Source of the DNA: Myxococcota bacterium | GTDB taxonomy: Bacteria > Myxococcota_A > Polyangia > Nannocystales > Nannocystaceae | Length of the DNA stretch: 64,000 bases | Reading direction: 5' to 3' | Assembly: GCA_039028615.1 (NCBI GenBank) | Contig: JBCCHT010000033.1 | Coordinates: 82,596 to 146,595, forward strand | Shown: in pieces, positions 9,468-19,950 of the stretch | Numbering within the stretch: the stretch's first letter is position 1 | How the letters are laid out: each line of letters opens with the position of its first letter | Translations under genes and position numbers: made by a program | The notes under the pieces: model-generated | Told to the model about the DNA's origin: nothing | Databases searched by the model: none | The model's input: the letters and a program-made list of their open reading frames with translations, nothing else

Positions 9468-10102
9468 TGCGCCTCGGCCTGCTCGCGCTGGGGCTCGTGC
9501 TCGCGAGCTGCCGTTCTTCTGCCCCCTCCCTCGACGACCCCGATCCCACCGGTCGCGCGCAGCCCAAGCCCGCCGACGTCTCGGCCCCCGCCACCGCCGA
9601 GCCGGCCGCGCCCACGCCCGCGACCAAGGAACCCGCCATGCCCTTCTCCGACGACGTCCTCCCCTCGAAGCTCTCCGTCGAGCAGCTCGACAAAGTCGAG
9701 GTTCGGTACTCCTTCATGTCCCCCAAGACCGGTGCCGGCCGCCAAGAGCTGCACATCAAGGGCTCGGGCGAGGTGAAGCTGCTCCGCACCATGGCCTACG
9801 ACCAGCCCGAAGAGCTCCGCGAGGGCCAGGCCCCGGCCGACGCCGCGCGGCGAATGCTCGAGGTCATGGAGGACGAGGGCTTCTTCACCCTCGAGGACGA
9901 GTACGAGCAAGAGCCTCCCCACGGCGGCACCTTCATCGTTCAGGTCGTCTTCCCCGGCGGGCAGGCCAAGTCCGTGGCCGTCGACGTCGTGCCCGACCAC
10001 CGTCCGCCCGATGCCTTCGCCCGCGCGGTCGGGGCCATCAAGCTGGTTGCCGGCCTCGCCACCCCCGAGGCGCTGCACCACCGCTTCCTGCCGACGCTCT
10101 AG
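9464..10102 (+). CDS. Lipoprotein, DUF6438-like domain
   Basis: Lipobox LASC; ELHIKGSGEV...MEDEGFFTLEDEY...TFIVQV; start overlaps upstream stop. Confidence 0.6.
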   Translation: MMRLGLLALGLVLASCRSSAPSLDDPDPTGRAQPKPADVSAPATAEPAAPTPATKEPAMPFSDDVLPSKLSVEQLDKVEVRYSFMSPKTGAGRQELHIKGSGEVKLLRTMAYDQPEELREGQAPADAARRMLEVMEDEGFFTLEDEYEQEPPHGGTFIVQVVFPGGQAKSVAVDVVPDHRPPDAFARAVGAIKLVAGLATPEALHHRFLPTL

Positions 10103-10986
10103 CCCGCCAGTTCACGGGCGAGGAAGTCGAAGACCGCCCGCAGCCGGGCGTTGCGTCGCACCTCCCGGGTCGTAGCCAGCCAGATCGGGAAGTCCGGTCG
10201 GATCTCGTCGCCGAGCACGGGCTCCAGGTCGGGCTGCTCTCGCGCCGCGGCGAGCGGAGCCAGGCCGATGCCGAGCCCCGCGCACAACAGGCTCCACGTG
10301 GTGAGCCGGTTGTCGCAGCGCATGGCGAAGTCCGAGCGCTGCAGCGGCAGCTTCTGTTTGGCCAAGAACTCGTAGAACACGTCGTCGTCCGCGGCCCCGA
10401 TGAGCACGTGAGACTTCAGATCCGCCACCGTGGACGGCCGCCCCTTCGCACGGAGGTAGGAGGCCGCGGCGAAGAGTCCGATCTCGAACCGACCGACCTT
10501 GCGCGCGACCAGCTGCGCTTGCTTCGGACGAAAGTTCCGGATGGCGAGGTCCGCTTCGCCCACGGCCAGCTTCGCGGCCCGATCCGAGGCGATGAGCTCG
10601 ATCTCGATCTCGGGGTACACGTGCCGCAGCTTCACCAAGATGCGGGGCAACAACGCACTCGCCACCGCGACCCCGGCGGAGATCCGAACGACCCCCGCGA
10701 GGTCCTCGGGCTGCCCGGTCGCGGCATCGAGGAACTGGGTCTTGGCCGCGACGACCCGAGCCGCATACTCGAGCAACCGCGTGCCCGACTCCGACAGGTG
10801 CAGCCCGTCACGGTGACGCTCGAACAAGACCAGGCCGAGCTGTTCTTGGAGCGCGGAGATGTGGCGGCTCAGGGTGGCGATGCTGCGACCACCGTCAGCG
10901 GCGGCGGACAGCGACCCGGCCGACGCCACCGCGAAGAAGGACTCGACCAGTGCGAGGTTGAGCGGCTCGTCCTTCGTATTTTTCAT
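10099..10986 (-). CDS. LysR family transcriptional regulator
   Basis: FFAVASAGSLSAAA..SIATLSRHISALQEQLGLVLFER HTH; LysR substrate domain GEADLAIR. Confidence 0.93.
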   Translation of the reverse strand: MKNTKDEPLNLALVESFFAVASAGSLSAAADGGRSIATLSRHISALQEQLGLVLFERHRDGLHLSESGTRLLEYAARVVAAKTQFLDAATGQPEDLAGVVRISAGVAVASALLPRILVKLRHVYPEIEIELIASDRAAKLAVGEADLAIRNFRPKQAQLVARKVGRFEIGLFAAASYLRAKGRPSTVADLKSHVLIGAADDDVFYEFLAKQKLPLQRSDFAMRCDNRLTTWSLLCAGLGIGLAPLAAAREQPDLEPVLGDEIRPDFPIWLATTREVRRNARLRAVFDFLARELAG

Positions 10987-11040
10987 TTTTGAAAACACAT
11001 CTTGCTAATACGGATATATTTTATCACTTTCGGAACACCG
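10980..11040. promoter_or_regulatory. LysR divergent promoter region with inverted repeat TTTTCA-N4-TGAAAA
   Basis: Palindrome at 10980-10995 containing T-N11-A, over the LysR start; AT-rich patch between divergent genes. Confidence 0.55.
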
Positions 11041-11062
11041 ATGCAGGGCGTAACCCAAAGCC

Positions 11063-12118
11063 ATGGCATCGAAGCCGCTCGGTGAAAACGCAGACCAGGG
11101 ATACCGCCGCGTCGTCATCTCGAAGTACGGGGGCCCCGAGGTCCTGCAGCTGATTCACGAGCCCGCCCTGCCCGAGCCGGGGCCCGGCGAAGTCCGCATC
11201 CGGGTGCGGGCCACCTCGGTGGCCTTCACGGACACCCTCATCCGGCGTGGCCTCTATCCCGCCACGCGACGCCAGCCCATGCCGCTGACTCCCGGCTACG
11301 ACGTCGTGGGAGTCATCGACGCCCGGGGTGAGGGCGCCACGCGATTCGCGGTGGGAGAGATGGTCGCCGACCTCACCGCCACAGGCGGATACGCGGAGTT
11401 CATCTGCCTGCCCGAGGACCGCCTGACCCCCGTTCCCGAGGGCGTCGATCCAGCCGAGGCGGTGGCGATGATCTTGAGTGGGATCACCGCCTATCAGATG
11501 CTGCATCGCATCGCGCAAGTACAGCCGGGCCAGCGCGTGTTGATCCACGGCGCCGGAGGAGCGGTGGGATCGGCCCTGCTGCAGCTGGGCAAGTCGATGA
11601 ACCTGACCATGTTCGCGACCGCGTCAGCGTCCAAGCACGACCTGCTCACCGCCCAGGGCGCGGTGCCCATCGACTACACGCGCGAAAACGCCGAGGACGT
11701 CATCCGAGCCACGGGACAGGGGCTCGACGCGGCCTTCGACGCCACCACGGCCGGGAGCTTCCATCGTTCCTTCTCGCTCCTGCGACGCGGCGGCACCCTG
11801 GTCTGGTACGGCATGATGCTCGACCGCGTCCCCTTGTGGCGCAAGCTGCTGACGCCCTTGCTGCTCGGGTTGGTCATGGTACGCGGGCTCGTGTCCCCAT
11901 CGAAGATGCTGCGCTTCTACTCGATCGCAGCGCTCCGTAAAGCCCACCCCGACTGGTTCCGCGACGACCTCTCCGCGTTGCTGCAGCGGCTCGCCGAAGG
12001 GAAGGTGACCCCCGTCATCGAGCGCCGGATCGACTTGTCCGAGGTCCAGCAGGCACACCGCGACATCGAGGCCGCCCGGGTTCGCGGGAAGCTGGTGATC
12101 ACCATGAACGAGCCCTGA
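11063..12118 (+). CDS. Medium-chain dehydrogenase/reductase (quinone oxidoreductase-like)
   Basis: YGGPEVLQL..PEPGPGEVRIRV; TPGYDVVG; VLIHGAGGAVG; GKLVI. Confidence 0.92.
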   Translation: MASKPLGENADQGYRRVVISKYGGPEVLQLIHEPALPEPGPGEVRIRVRATSVAFTDTLIRRGLYPATRRQPMPLTPGYDVVGVIDARGEGATRFAVGEMVADLTATGGYAEFICLPEDRLTPVPEGVDPAEAVAMILSGITAYQMLHRIAQVQPGQRVLIHGAGGAVGSALLQLGKSMNLTMFATASASKHDLLTAQGAVPIDYTRENAEDVIRATGQGLDAAFDATTAGSFHRSFSLLRRGGTLVWYGMMLDRVPLWRKLLTPLLLGLVMVRGLVSPSKMLRFYSIAALRKAHPDWFRDDLSALLQRLAEGKVTPVIERRIDLSEVQQAHRDIEAARVRGKLVITMNEP

Positions 12119-12139
12119 ACCCAGGGCCCGAGTGCCGAG

Positions 12140-13549
12140 CTACAGGCCCCAGCTGAGGTACTTGACCTCCGTATACTCCTCCATCACCCAGCGCCCGCCT
12201 TCGCGGCCGATCCCCGACTGCTTGACGCCGCCGAAGGGTGCTCGTGCGGTGGAGACCGCGGCATCGTTGGCGCCGATGATGCCGTACTCGAGGCCCTCGG
12301 AGACCCGCCACACCCGGCTCGCGTCGCGCGTATAGAAGTACGCGGCGAGCCCATAGTCGGTGTCGTTGGCCAGCGCGATGGCCTCGGCCTCAGTCTCGAA
12401 CGCCCGCAAGCCGACGACGGGACCAAAGGTCTCCTCGCGGCTGATCAGCATCGACGCGTCGACGCCGTCGAGGATGGTGGGGCGGACGAAGCGTTCGGTG
12501 AGCTCGGGCGTGGGCCGCACCACATCGCCCCCGCAGCGCAGGGTGGCGCCGCGCTGCCGCGCGTCGGCGAGGTGGCGGCGAACCTTGGCGACCCCGGCGT
12601 CGTCGATCAGCGGACCGGCGGTGACCCCCTCGGTGAGCCCGTGCCCCAGGCGCATGGCCGACAGCGCGGCCTCCAAGCGGGCGGCAAAGGCCTCGTAGAC
12701 GCCCTTTTGCACGAAGAAGCGGTTGGGGCAGATGCAGGTCTGCCCCATGTTGCGGAACTTGCTGGCGATGGCCCCCGCCACGGCGGCATCGAGATCCGCG
12801 TCGTCGAACACGATGAAGGGGGCATGCCCGCCGAGCTCGAGCGAGACCCGGAGCACGCGCTGGGCTGCCTTGGCGGCGAGCAACTTGCCGACCTCGGTCG
12901 ACCCGGTGAACGAGAGCTTGCGAAGGGCCGGGTGCGCGAGCAGGCCATCGGCGATCGGCTCGGGCTCGCCCGTCACCACCCCGAACACCCCCGGGGGCAC
13001 GCCCGCGTCGGCGGCTCGCTCGGCCAGGGCCAACGCGGTGAGCGGGGTCTGCTCGGCCGGCTTGACCACCATGGTGCAGCCCACGGCCAGCGCCGGCCCG
13101 AGCTTGCGGGTGATCATCGCGGCGGGAAAGTTCCACGGGGTGATGGCCGCGGTCACGCCCACCGGCTGCCGCGTCACGACGATCCGCTTGTCGGCCGCGG
13201 CCGCGGGTACGACCTCGCCGTGCAGGCGCTTGGCGTCCTCGGCCGCCCACTCGATGAACGAAGCGGCATAGGCCACTTCCCCTTGCGCTTCGGCCAGCGG
13301 CTTGCCCTGCTCCCGCGTCATCAGGGTGGCGAGGGCGTCTCGGTCCGCGAGCATGCGGTCGGCCAAGCGCCGCAGGATCGTGGCGCGATCGTCCACGCTC
13401 CGGGCCCGCCAGGCAGGCAGAGCCTCGGCCGCGGCATCCACCGCAGCGTGGGCCTCCGCCCGGCCCTGCGCGGGTGCGCGCCCCACCTCCTCGTCGGTGG
13501 CGGGGTCGCGGACGATCAGCTCACCGTCGGCCAGCTCGAGCGTTTTCAT
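12140..13549 (-). CDS. gabD: NAD(P)-dependent succinate-semialdehyde dehydrogenase
   Basis: ITPWNFPAAMITRK, SFTGSTEVG, LELGGHAP, KFRNMGQTCICPNR, EETFGP, PFGGVKQSGIGREG. Confidence 0.9.
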   Translation of the reverse strand: MKTLELADGELIVRDPATDEEVGRAPAQGRAEAHAAVDAAAEALPAWRARSVDDRATILRRLADRMLADRDALATLMTREQGKPLAEAQGEVAYAASFIEWAAEDAKRLHGEVVPAAAADKRIVVTRQPVGVTAAITPWNFPAAMITRKLGPALAVGCTMVVKPAEQTPLTALALAERAADAGVPPGVFGVVTGEPEPIADGLLAHPALRKLSFTGSTEVGKLLAAKAAQRVLRVSLELGGHAPFIVFDDADLDAAVAGAIASKFRNMGQTCICPNRFFVQKGVYEAFAARLEAALSAMRLGHGLTEGVTAGPLIDDAGVAKVRRHLADARQRGATLRCGGDVVRPTPELTERFVRPTILDGVDASMLISREETFGPVVGLRAFETEAEAIALANDTDYGLAAYFYTRDASRVWRVSEGLEYGIIGANDAAVSTARAPFGGVKQSGIGREGGRWVMEEYTEVKYLSWGL

Positions 13550-13570
13550 GGGTCTCGAGCCGGTCGGGAC

Positions 13571-14599
13571 TCAGGACTCGGGGGTCGCCTCGGCGGCTTC
13601 GGGAGCCGGCGCGGGGTCGGCCGCAGGCTCGGCGCCCTCTTCCACGCACTCGCCCATGCCCACGTAGTCGGGATCGCAGGGGTCGTCGATGGCCTGCACC
13701 TCGGGCTCGCTCTGCGCGGGCGCGGGCGCGACGTCTTGCTTGCCGCCCTTGCTCCACTCGGACTCGATCTCGATCAAGATCGTCGTCTGGCCCACGATCT
13801 CGTTGTTGATCTTGCGCTCGAGCGAGATGGGGTAGCCGCCGCTGGCGGAGAAGTTCGCCGTGGTCTCGACGTTCTGGTTGGCGGCGATCTCTTGCTCGCC
13901 GACCTTGCGCTTGGACTTGATGTCCGACAGGAAGCTCAGCTTGGCCACGTCCTCGCCGGCCTCGTTGCGGGCCATGCCCTCGAGCGTGCCCTTGCTCGAG
14001 GAGGAGAGGACCTCGGTGCCCTCGTCGTCGTCATCGTCGCGAGAGGCGTCCCAGGACTCGCCGCTGTCGACGTTCTCGTCGGGCAGGCTCACCGCCAGAC
14101 CGGCCGTGAGCGCGGTGGTGATGAGACCGATGGCCGAGGCCACGGTCTGCGGCGCCCCCTCGGGCGGCTCGGGCGTGTTGCTCACCTTGCCCTGCGGGCT
14201 GAGGTTGAAGCGCATCTCCATCCCGTTGAGCGCGGTGGCGGCGTTGGGGTCCATGCCCGTGGCGCCGGCCGGGATGCCGTCGGGCGTCCGCACCGTCATC
14301 TCGATGTCCTTGATGGTGGCGCGCACCAGCTTGCCGCCGTCCTCCTCCTTCGCGGCCACGACCAGCTGCGTGTTGAACTTGAGGTTGGTCGCGATGTCCC
14401 CCATCGGCGTCTGGATGGTGGTCCGCATCTGGATGCTGCCGCCGTACTCCTGTCCGGGCGTGAGGTCGTAGCGCAGGCTCACTCCGGCCTCGGGCACCTC
14501 GACCTCGGTGAGTTTCCCGTTCTTGTTGCAGCCGGTCCCGAAGGGCAGCGCGAGGGCGACGGCCAAGGCGAGCGGAGAGGCCATTGTGCGGACGAGCAT
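13571..14599 (-). CDS. Lipoprotein of unknown function (DUF6263-like beta-rich)
   Basis: Lipobox GTGC; SLRYDLTPGQEY; SLPDENVDSGESW; strongly biased codon usage. Confidence 0.6.
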   Translation of the reverse strand: MLVRTMASPLALAVALALPFGTGCNKNGKLTEVEVPEAGVSLRYDLTPGQEYGGSIQMRTTIQTPMGDIATNLKFNTQLVVAAKEEDGGKLVRATIKDIEMTVRTPDGIPAGATGMDPNAATALNGMEMRFNLSPQGKVSNTPEPPEGAPQTVASAIGLITTALTAGLAVSLPDENVDSGESWDASRDDDDDEGTEVLSSSSKGTLEGMARNEAGEDVAKLSFLSDIKSKRKVGEQEIAANQNVETTANFSASGGYPISLERKINNEIVGQTTILIEIESEWSKGGKQDVAPAPAQSEPEVQAIDDPCDPDYVGMGECVEEGAEPAADPAPAPEAAEATPES

Positions 14600-14793
14600 G
14601 GGCGCGTTTTATGCCAGTGCGCCCGCGACCGTCCATGCGCGTTCGCATCTGTGACCCACAAATGTGACCCAACGAGGCTCGATCCAGGCCAGTCCCCGTC
14701 GACCGCGTCGATACGGGTCCACGATGAAGCGCTCCCCGGGCGTAGGTCGCGCTGGCCGAGCCCTCTCACCCCCTGCCCGGGGCGTTGTCCCGG

Positions 14794-16221
14794 TTACTTC
14801 GCCGCGCCGAACAGGTAGTCCACCGCGAGGTGGCTCATGGCCCGAACCCCGATCTGCAGCGCTCCTTCGTCGGCGAAGAACTTCGGGGAGTGATTGCTGG
14901 GCGCCTCGCCGACCGGGGTGGTGGGCGGCACGATGCCCAGGAAGAAGAAGACCCCGGGGATCTCCTGCTGGTAGTAGGCGAAGTCCTCCGCGCCCAGCAC
15001 CATCGAGCGCTCCCGCAGGTGCTCCGCCCCGGCCACGCGTCGCAGGGTGGGCAGCATGGCGTCGAGCAGCGCGGGGTCGTTGATCACCACCGGGTAGCCG
15101 CGCTCGATGGTCACCGTGGCCTCGGCCCCCGCCGCCGCGGCGAGGTGCGTGGCCGTCTGTTCGATCTGTCGGTGGATCTGATCGCGGACGTCGGCGTCGA
15201 AGGTTCGGATGGTCCCGACCAGCTCGACCTCGTCGGGGATGATGTTGCTGCGCACGCCTCCGTGGATGCTGCCCACCGAGACCACCGAGGCGGTCTTGGT
15301 CACGTCGAGCTGCCGCGACACGATGGTCTGCATGGCCAGTACGATCTGCGCGGACACAGTGATCGGGTCGACCCCCTTCCAGGGGTAGGCCCCGTGGGTC
15401 TGGCGGCCCTTCACCACGATCGTCATGCGATCCGAGCTCGCCATGGCCGGGCCCGACCGATAGAGCACGTCACCGACCGGCTCGGTGACCACGTGCAAAC
15501 CGAAGATCGCCTCGGGGGTGGGGTTGGACAGCGCACCTTCGGCCACCATCAGCTCGGCGCCGCCCTCCTCGCCCGGCGGGGCCCCCTCTTCGGCCGGCTG
15601 AAACAGCAACTTCACCGTCCCCGGCAGCTCTTCGCGCAGCTGCGGCAGCAGCTCGGCCACGCCCATCACGATGGCCATGTGCAGGTCGTGACCGCAGGCG
15701 TGCATGACCGGGGCCTGCTCACCCCGCCACGACGCGGTCTGAGTCGAGGCGAAGGGCACGTCGACCTGTTCTTTGACCGGCAGCGCGTCCATCTCGGCCC
15801 GCAGCGCGACCACGGGGCCCGGCTTGCCGCCCTCGAGCACCGCGACCAGTCCGGTATGGGCGACTTCTCGACGCACCGTCCAGCCGTGCTTTTCGAGGTG
15901 CGCGGCGATCACCGTGGCCGTCCGATGCTCTCGGTTACCCAGCTCGGGGTGCTGGTGTAGGTCGCGGCGATACTCGATCACCGCGGGCACGAGCCCGGCC
16001 GCGAGCTCGTCGATCTTCGCCGCGAGCGGACTCGCCCCCACGGACCCCGTGAGACTGACGGGTGAGCCCTGCGGCGCCTTCGCCCGCGAAGACTCGGCGC
16101 TCGGCGGCGCCTCCAGGGGAGGCGGGGCCGACTCGGCGGGCGGCGGAATCGCAGCGGGCGCGGTCGCCCGGCAGGACAGTGCACCCAGGGCGAAGAGCGG
16201 ACCGAGCAGGAGACCTCGCAT
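14794..16221 (-). CDS. M20 family amidohydrolase with lipoprotein signal
   Basis: RRDLHQHPELGNRE, ALRAEMDALP, MHACGHD, FQPAEEG, AEDF, NHSPKF; lipobox ALSC. Confidence 0.92.
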   Translation of the reverse strand: MRGLLLGPLFALGALSCRATAPAAIPPPAESAPPPLEAPPSAESSRAKAPQGSPVSLTGSVGASPLAAKIDELAAGLVPAVIEYRRDLHQHPELGNREHRTATVIAAHLEKHGWTVRREVAHTGLVAVLEGGKPGPVVALRAEMDALPVKEQVDVPFASTQTASWRGEQAPVMHACGHDLHMAIVMGVAELLPQLREELPGTVKLLFQPAEEGAPPGEEGGAELMVAEGALSNPTPEAIFGLHVVTEPVGDVLYRSGPAMASSDRMTIVVKGRQTHGAYPWKGVDPITVSAQIVLAMQTIVSRQLDVTKTASVVSVGSIHGGVRSNIIPDEVELVGTIRTFDADVRDQIHRQIEQTATHLAAAAGAEATVTIERGYPVVINDPALLDAMLPTLRRVAGAEHLRERSMVLGAEDFAYYQQEIPGVFFFLGIVPPTTPVGEAPSNHSPKFFADEGALQIGVRAMSHLAVDYLFGAAK

Positions 16222-16436
16222 CGCGGCCAAGCATACGCCCTCTGCCCCCGAGGCCGACAACGGGCCGCCCGCGCGCCACGGTGGTCGATTTTTTTCGATC
16301 ACCCGCAATCTTCCGCTGGACCTCGGGCACTCCCCCACCGATTCACCGCGCTCTCGCGACCCGAGGACCACGTTCGTGCCCCACCCTACGCACCACGACT
16401 CGCCACGCTGCCATCGATGTGTTGAGATCGACCGCA

Positions 16437-17045
16437 ATGGTCGAGGACACGGCGCTCATCGAGGCCTTCCGAGCGGGAGACCGGAACGCCGGAGCAAAAC
16501 TCTTCGATCGCTACTACGCCTCGGTCGCCCGCTTCTTTCGCAACAAGGTGGGGCCCCAAGAGGCCAACGACCTGATCCAGAACACGTTCTTGGCCTGCTT
16601 CGAAGGCCTCGACCGCATGCGCACCACCAACTTTCGCAGCTACGTGTTCGCCGTGGGCTGCAACCTGCTGCGCAAGCACTTCCGAACCAAGCGCCGCCAC
16701 CCGGTGGACTTCGGCACGGTGAGCGTGTTCGACATCGACCCCTCGCCCAGCTCCGTGATGGCCGAGAGCGAGCGCCAGCAGCACCTGCTCGAGGCCCTGC
16801 GCCGCATCCCCATCGATCACCAGGTCGTGCTCGAGCTGTTCTATTGGGAGTCGATGACGGCGGCGGAGATCTCCGAGGTCATCGAGGTCCCAGTGGGCAC
16901 GGTCAAGACCCGAATCCGGCGCGCCCGACAGCTGCTGCAGGAAAAGATGGTGGTGGTGGCGAACGATGGGCCGGCAGCGCAGTGCTCGGTGGAGGACCTC
17001 GATGATTGGGCGGGCGCATTGCGACAGCAGATGGAGTCGACGTGA
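16437..17045 (+). CDS. ECF sigma-70 factor (kinase-associated type)
   Basis: ANDLIQNTFLAC..FRSYVFAVGCNLLR; LRRIPIDHQVVLELFYWESMTAAEISEVIEVPVGTVKTRIRRAR. Confidence 0.92.
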   Translation: MVEDTALIEAFRAGDRNAGAKLFDRYYASVARFFRNKVGPQEANDLIQNTFLACFEGLDRMRTTNFRSYVFAVGCNLLRKHFRTKRRHPVDFGTVSVFDIDPSPSSVMAESERQQHLLEALRRIPIDHQVVLELFYWESMTAAEISEVIEVPVGTVKTRIRRARQLLQEKMVVVANDGPAAQCSVEDLDDWAGALRQQMEST

Positions 17046-17067
17046 GCCCGCCGGGGATCGGTTGACG

Positions 17068-19950
17068 ATGACTTCCTCCCCCACGCCACGAGACCTCGAG
17101 CTGCCCATCCCCGACGGGCCGGCGATCGACCCCGCCCGCGACCGCCTGCGCGCACAGCTGTTTGGGACGCCGTCGTCGCCGACCCGGGTCGGTCGCTTCG
17201 TGGTGCTGCGAGAGTTGGGGGCCGGCGGCATGGGGCGGGTCTACGCCGCCTACGACGAGAAGCTCGACCGCAAGGTCGCGGTGAAGGTGCTGCACCAAGA
17301 CGTCGCCTCGCGGCCGGGCAATCGGCAGCGCCTGCTTCGCGAGGCCCAGGCGCTGGCTCGGCTCTCGCACCCCAACGTGGTGGTGCTGTACGAGGTCGGT
17401 GAGATCGACGAGCAGATCTTCTTGGCCATGGAGCTGGTGACCGGCCAGACCCTTCGCCAGTGGCAAACGGCGACCGAGCGCACGTGGCGAGAGACGCTGG
17501 TGCTGTACCTCGACGCGGGCCGGGGGCTGGCCGCCGCCCATGCGGCGGGGCTGGTCCATCGCGACTTCAAGCCGGACAACGTGCTGGTGGGTGACGACGG
17601 TCGCGTGCGCGTGGCCGACTTCGGGCTCGCCTTCGCCGACAACACCGCCTCGACCCTCCCCATCGGGACGGAGGTGGGCGCGCTCGATGCAACGCCGCCG
17701 TGCGAAGCGATCAGCGAACGCATCACGCGAACCGGTGCGCGCCTGGGTACCCCCGCCTATATGGCGCTCGAGCAGCTGCGCGGGCAGGCCACCGACGCCC
17801 GCACCGACCAATACAGCTTCTGCGTTTCGCTGTTCGAGGCCCTGGTCGGCGAGCACCCCTACGGGGGCGCCTCCGCCACGCAGCTGCTGACCCGAATGCT
17901 CGCGGGACGACGTCGACCCGTGCCCCGCAATCGGGTGCCCCGGGGCATCCTCGCCGTGCTCGAGCGCGGGCTCTCGCTCGAGCCGGGCGACCGCCACCCC
18001 ACCATGGACAGCCTGCTCACCGCGCTCGGTCGGCGCCTGCATCGGCGCCGACGCGGGGGGGCGCTCGCGGTCGCGGGCGGGCTGTGTGGCGCGGGTCTGC
18101 TGGCGCGAGGCAGCACGCCGCCGCCGTGTGCCGCGGCGGGCTCGGAGATCGGCGAGACCTGGAACGAGTCCCACGCCGACGCCCTGCACGAAGCCTTCGT
18201 CGCCACCGGTCGCTCCTTCGCCGAGACGACCTGGCAGTCGACCACCCAGAGCCTCGATGCCTACGCCCGACGCTGGCGAGATGCTCAGGCGGACGCATGC
18301 GAGGCCACGCACGTCCGCCAAGAGCAATCGAGCGCGGCTCTCGATCTGCGCGGCGCCTGCCTCGACCAACGGCGGCGCGAGCTGGGTGCGCTGGTCGATG
18401 CCTTGGCCCAAGCCGATGCCACCGCGGTCGATTACGCCCACGAGGCCGTCGCCGACCTGCCCGGTCTGGACCGCTGTAGCGACCTCGACGCGCTCCGCAA
18501 CCGCATCGCGCCTCCCGAGGCCGAGGACGCGGCCGAAGTGGAGTCGATTCGCGAGGGCCTGGCCCATGCCCGCTCGGCGCTGGCGCTGGGCCAGCTCGAA
18601 GCCTCGGCGCAGCGGCTGGAGCCCCTGGTCGAGCGCGCCCGCGCCACCGCCTATGGCCCCCTACTCGCCGAGACGCTCTCCACCCAGGGTCAGGTCTGGG
18701 GCTGGCAAGGCCGGCTCGAAGCCGCCGAAGGTCGCTTGCTGGAGTCGCTCGATCTGGCCGAGGCCCATCACCACGACGAGCTCGCCGCCCACGCCTGGCA
18801 GCACCTGGGATGGCTGGCGCTCGACCGGCTTCGCGATCCGGTGCGAGGCCGGGGCTGGCTGCGTCGAGCCCGAGCCGCCATGCTGCGCGTCGGTCGGCCC
18901 CCGGGGCTCGAGGCCGATCTGCTCCAGCACGAAGGCCTGCTCTACCGCGTCGAACAACGCCTCGACGAAGCCGAGGCCGCCCAGCGCGAGGCCCTCGACC
19001 TCCGCCGCGAGCACCGAGGAGACACCCACGCCAAGGTCATCAGCTCGCGCGTGAGCCTGGCGAACCTGATGGCCACGCGAGGCGAGCTGCAGCCCGCTCG
19101 AGACGAGTACGTCGCGCTCATCGAGCAGCAGCAGCGCACGCTCGGCCCCGAGCACCCCGACGTCGGACGCCTGCGCTTCAACGTGGCGCGCGTCGAGCTC
19201 GACCTGGGGCTCCACGAGGCGGCGGCCAAGAACCTCGATGCCGCGGTGTCGATCTACGGCGAGGTCTACGGCCTCGACTCGTCGCGCTTGGTGGAGGTCT
19301 TGCTGCTGCGCTCGCTCGTCGAAGACCGACGGGGGCAGCTCGCGGCCGCGCTGCACTGGATCGGCCGCGCGCGGGCCATCGCGGAGCAGAGCACCGACCA
19401 ACAGCCCACGCTGGCCTCCATCCTCACCATGACCGGGACCCTCGAGTACCGACAGGGTCACTGGGATCGCGCGCTCGAGTCCTTCCAGCGCGCGCTCGGG
19501 CTGCTCGAAGAGCAGCCCGAGCCGAGCCCCTTCGAGCTGGCCGCCGCGCGCTCCAATGTGGGCGACGCCCTGCTCGAGCTGGACCGCAGCGCCGAGTCCC
19601 TGCCCTACCACCAGCGCGCCCTGGACTCGATGCGGCGGGCCCTCCCCCCCGATCACCCGCACCTGGCCTATCCGCTACGGGGCATCGGCCAGGCCCACGT
19701 GCTGCAAGGGCACCCGGCGCAGGCCACCGACCCCCTGCGCACGGCCCTTTCGATCTTCGAGGCCAACCCGGGCAACCCGACGGACATGGCCACCACGAAG
19801 TGGTGGCTGGCCCGCGCGCTGGCCTCCACCGATCCCACCTCCGCCCTCGACCTCGCTCGGCAGGCCCGGGCCACCCTCTCCCAGCAGCATCAAAACGCCT
19901 TGGCCACCACCATCGACACTTGGATCGCCGACACGGAAGCCTCTCCATGA
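17068..19950 (+). CDS. Membrane Ser/Thr protein kinase with C-terminal TPR repeats
   Basis: LGAGGMGRVY, VAVK, HRDFKPDN, DFGLA, GTPAYMALEQ; TM; TPR repeats (LGPEHPDV, LPPDHPHLAYPL). Confidence 0.95.
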   Translation: MTSSPTPRDLELPIPDGPAIDPARDRLRAQLFGTPSSPTRVGRFVVLRELGAGGMGRVYAAYDEKLDRKVAVKVLHQDVASRPGNRQRLLREAQALARLSHPNVVVLYEVGEIDEQIFLAMELVTGQTLRQWQTATERTWRETLVLYLDAGRGLAAAHAAGLVHRDFKPDNVLVGDDGRVRVADFGLAFADNTASTLPIGTEVGALDATPPCEAISERITRTGARLGTPAYMALEQLRGQATDARTDQYSFCVSLFEALVGEHPYGGASATQLLTRMLAGRRRPVPRNRVPRGILAVLERGLSLEPGDRHPTMDSLLTALGRRLHRRRRGGALAVAGGLCGAGLLARGSTPPPCAAAGSEIGETWNESHADALHEAFVATGRSFAETTWQSTTQSLDAYARRWRDAQADACEATHVRQEQSSAALDLRGACLDQRRRELGALVDALAQADATAVDYAHEAVADLPGLDRCSDLDALRNRIAPPEAEDAAEVESIREGLAHARSALALGQLEASAQRLEPLVERARATAYGPLLAETLSTQGQVWGWQGRLEAAEGRLLESLDLAEAHHHDELAAHAWQHLGWLALDRLRDPVRGRGWLRRARAAMLRVGRPPGLEADLLQHEGLLYRVEQRLDEAEAAQREALDLRREHRGDTHAKVISSRVSLANLMATRGELQPARDEYVALIEQQQRTLGPEHPDVGRLRFNVARVELDLGLHEAAAKNLDAAVSIYGEVYGLDSSRLVEVLLLRSLVEDRRGQLAAALHWIGRARAIAEQSTDQQPTLASILTMTGTLEYRQGHWDRALESFQRALGLLEEQPEPSPFELAAARSNVGDALLELDRSAESLPYHQRALDSMRRALPPDHPHLAYPLRGIGQAHVLQGHPAQATDPLRTALSIFEANPGNPTDMATTKWWLARALASTDPTSALDLARQARATLSQQHQNALATTIDTWIADTEASP

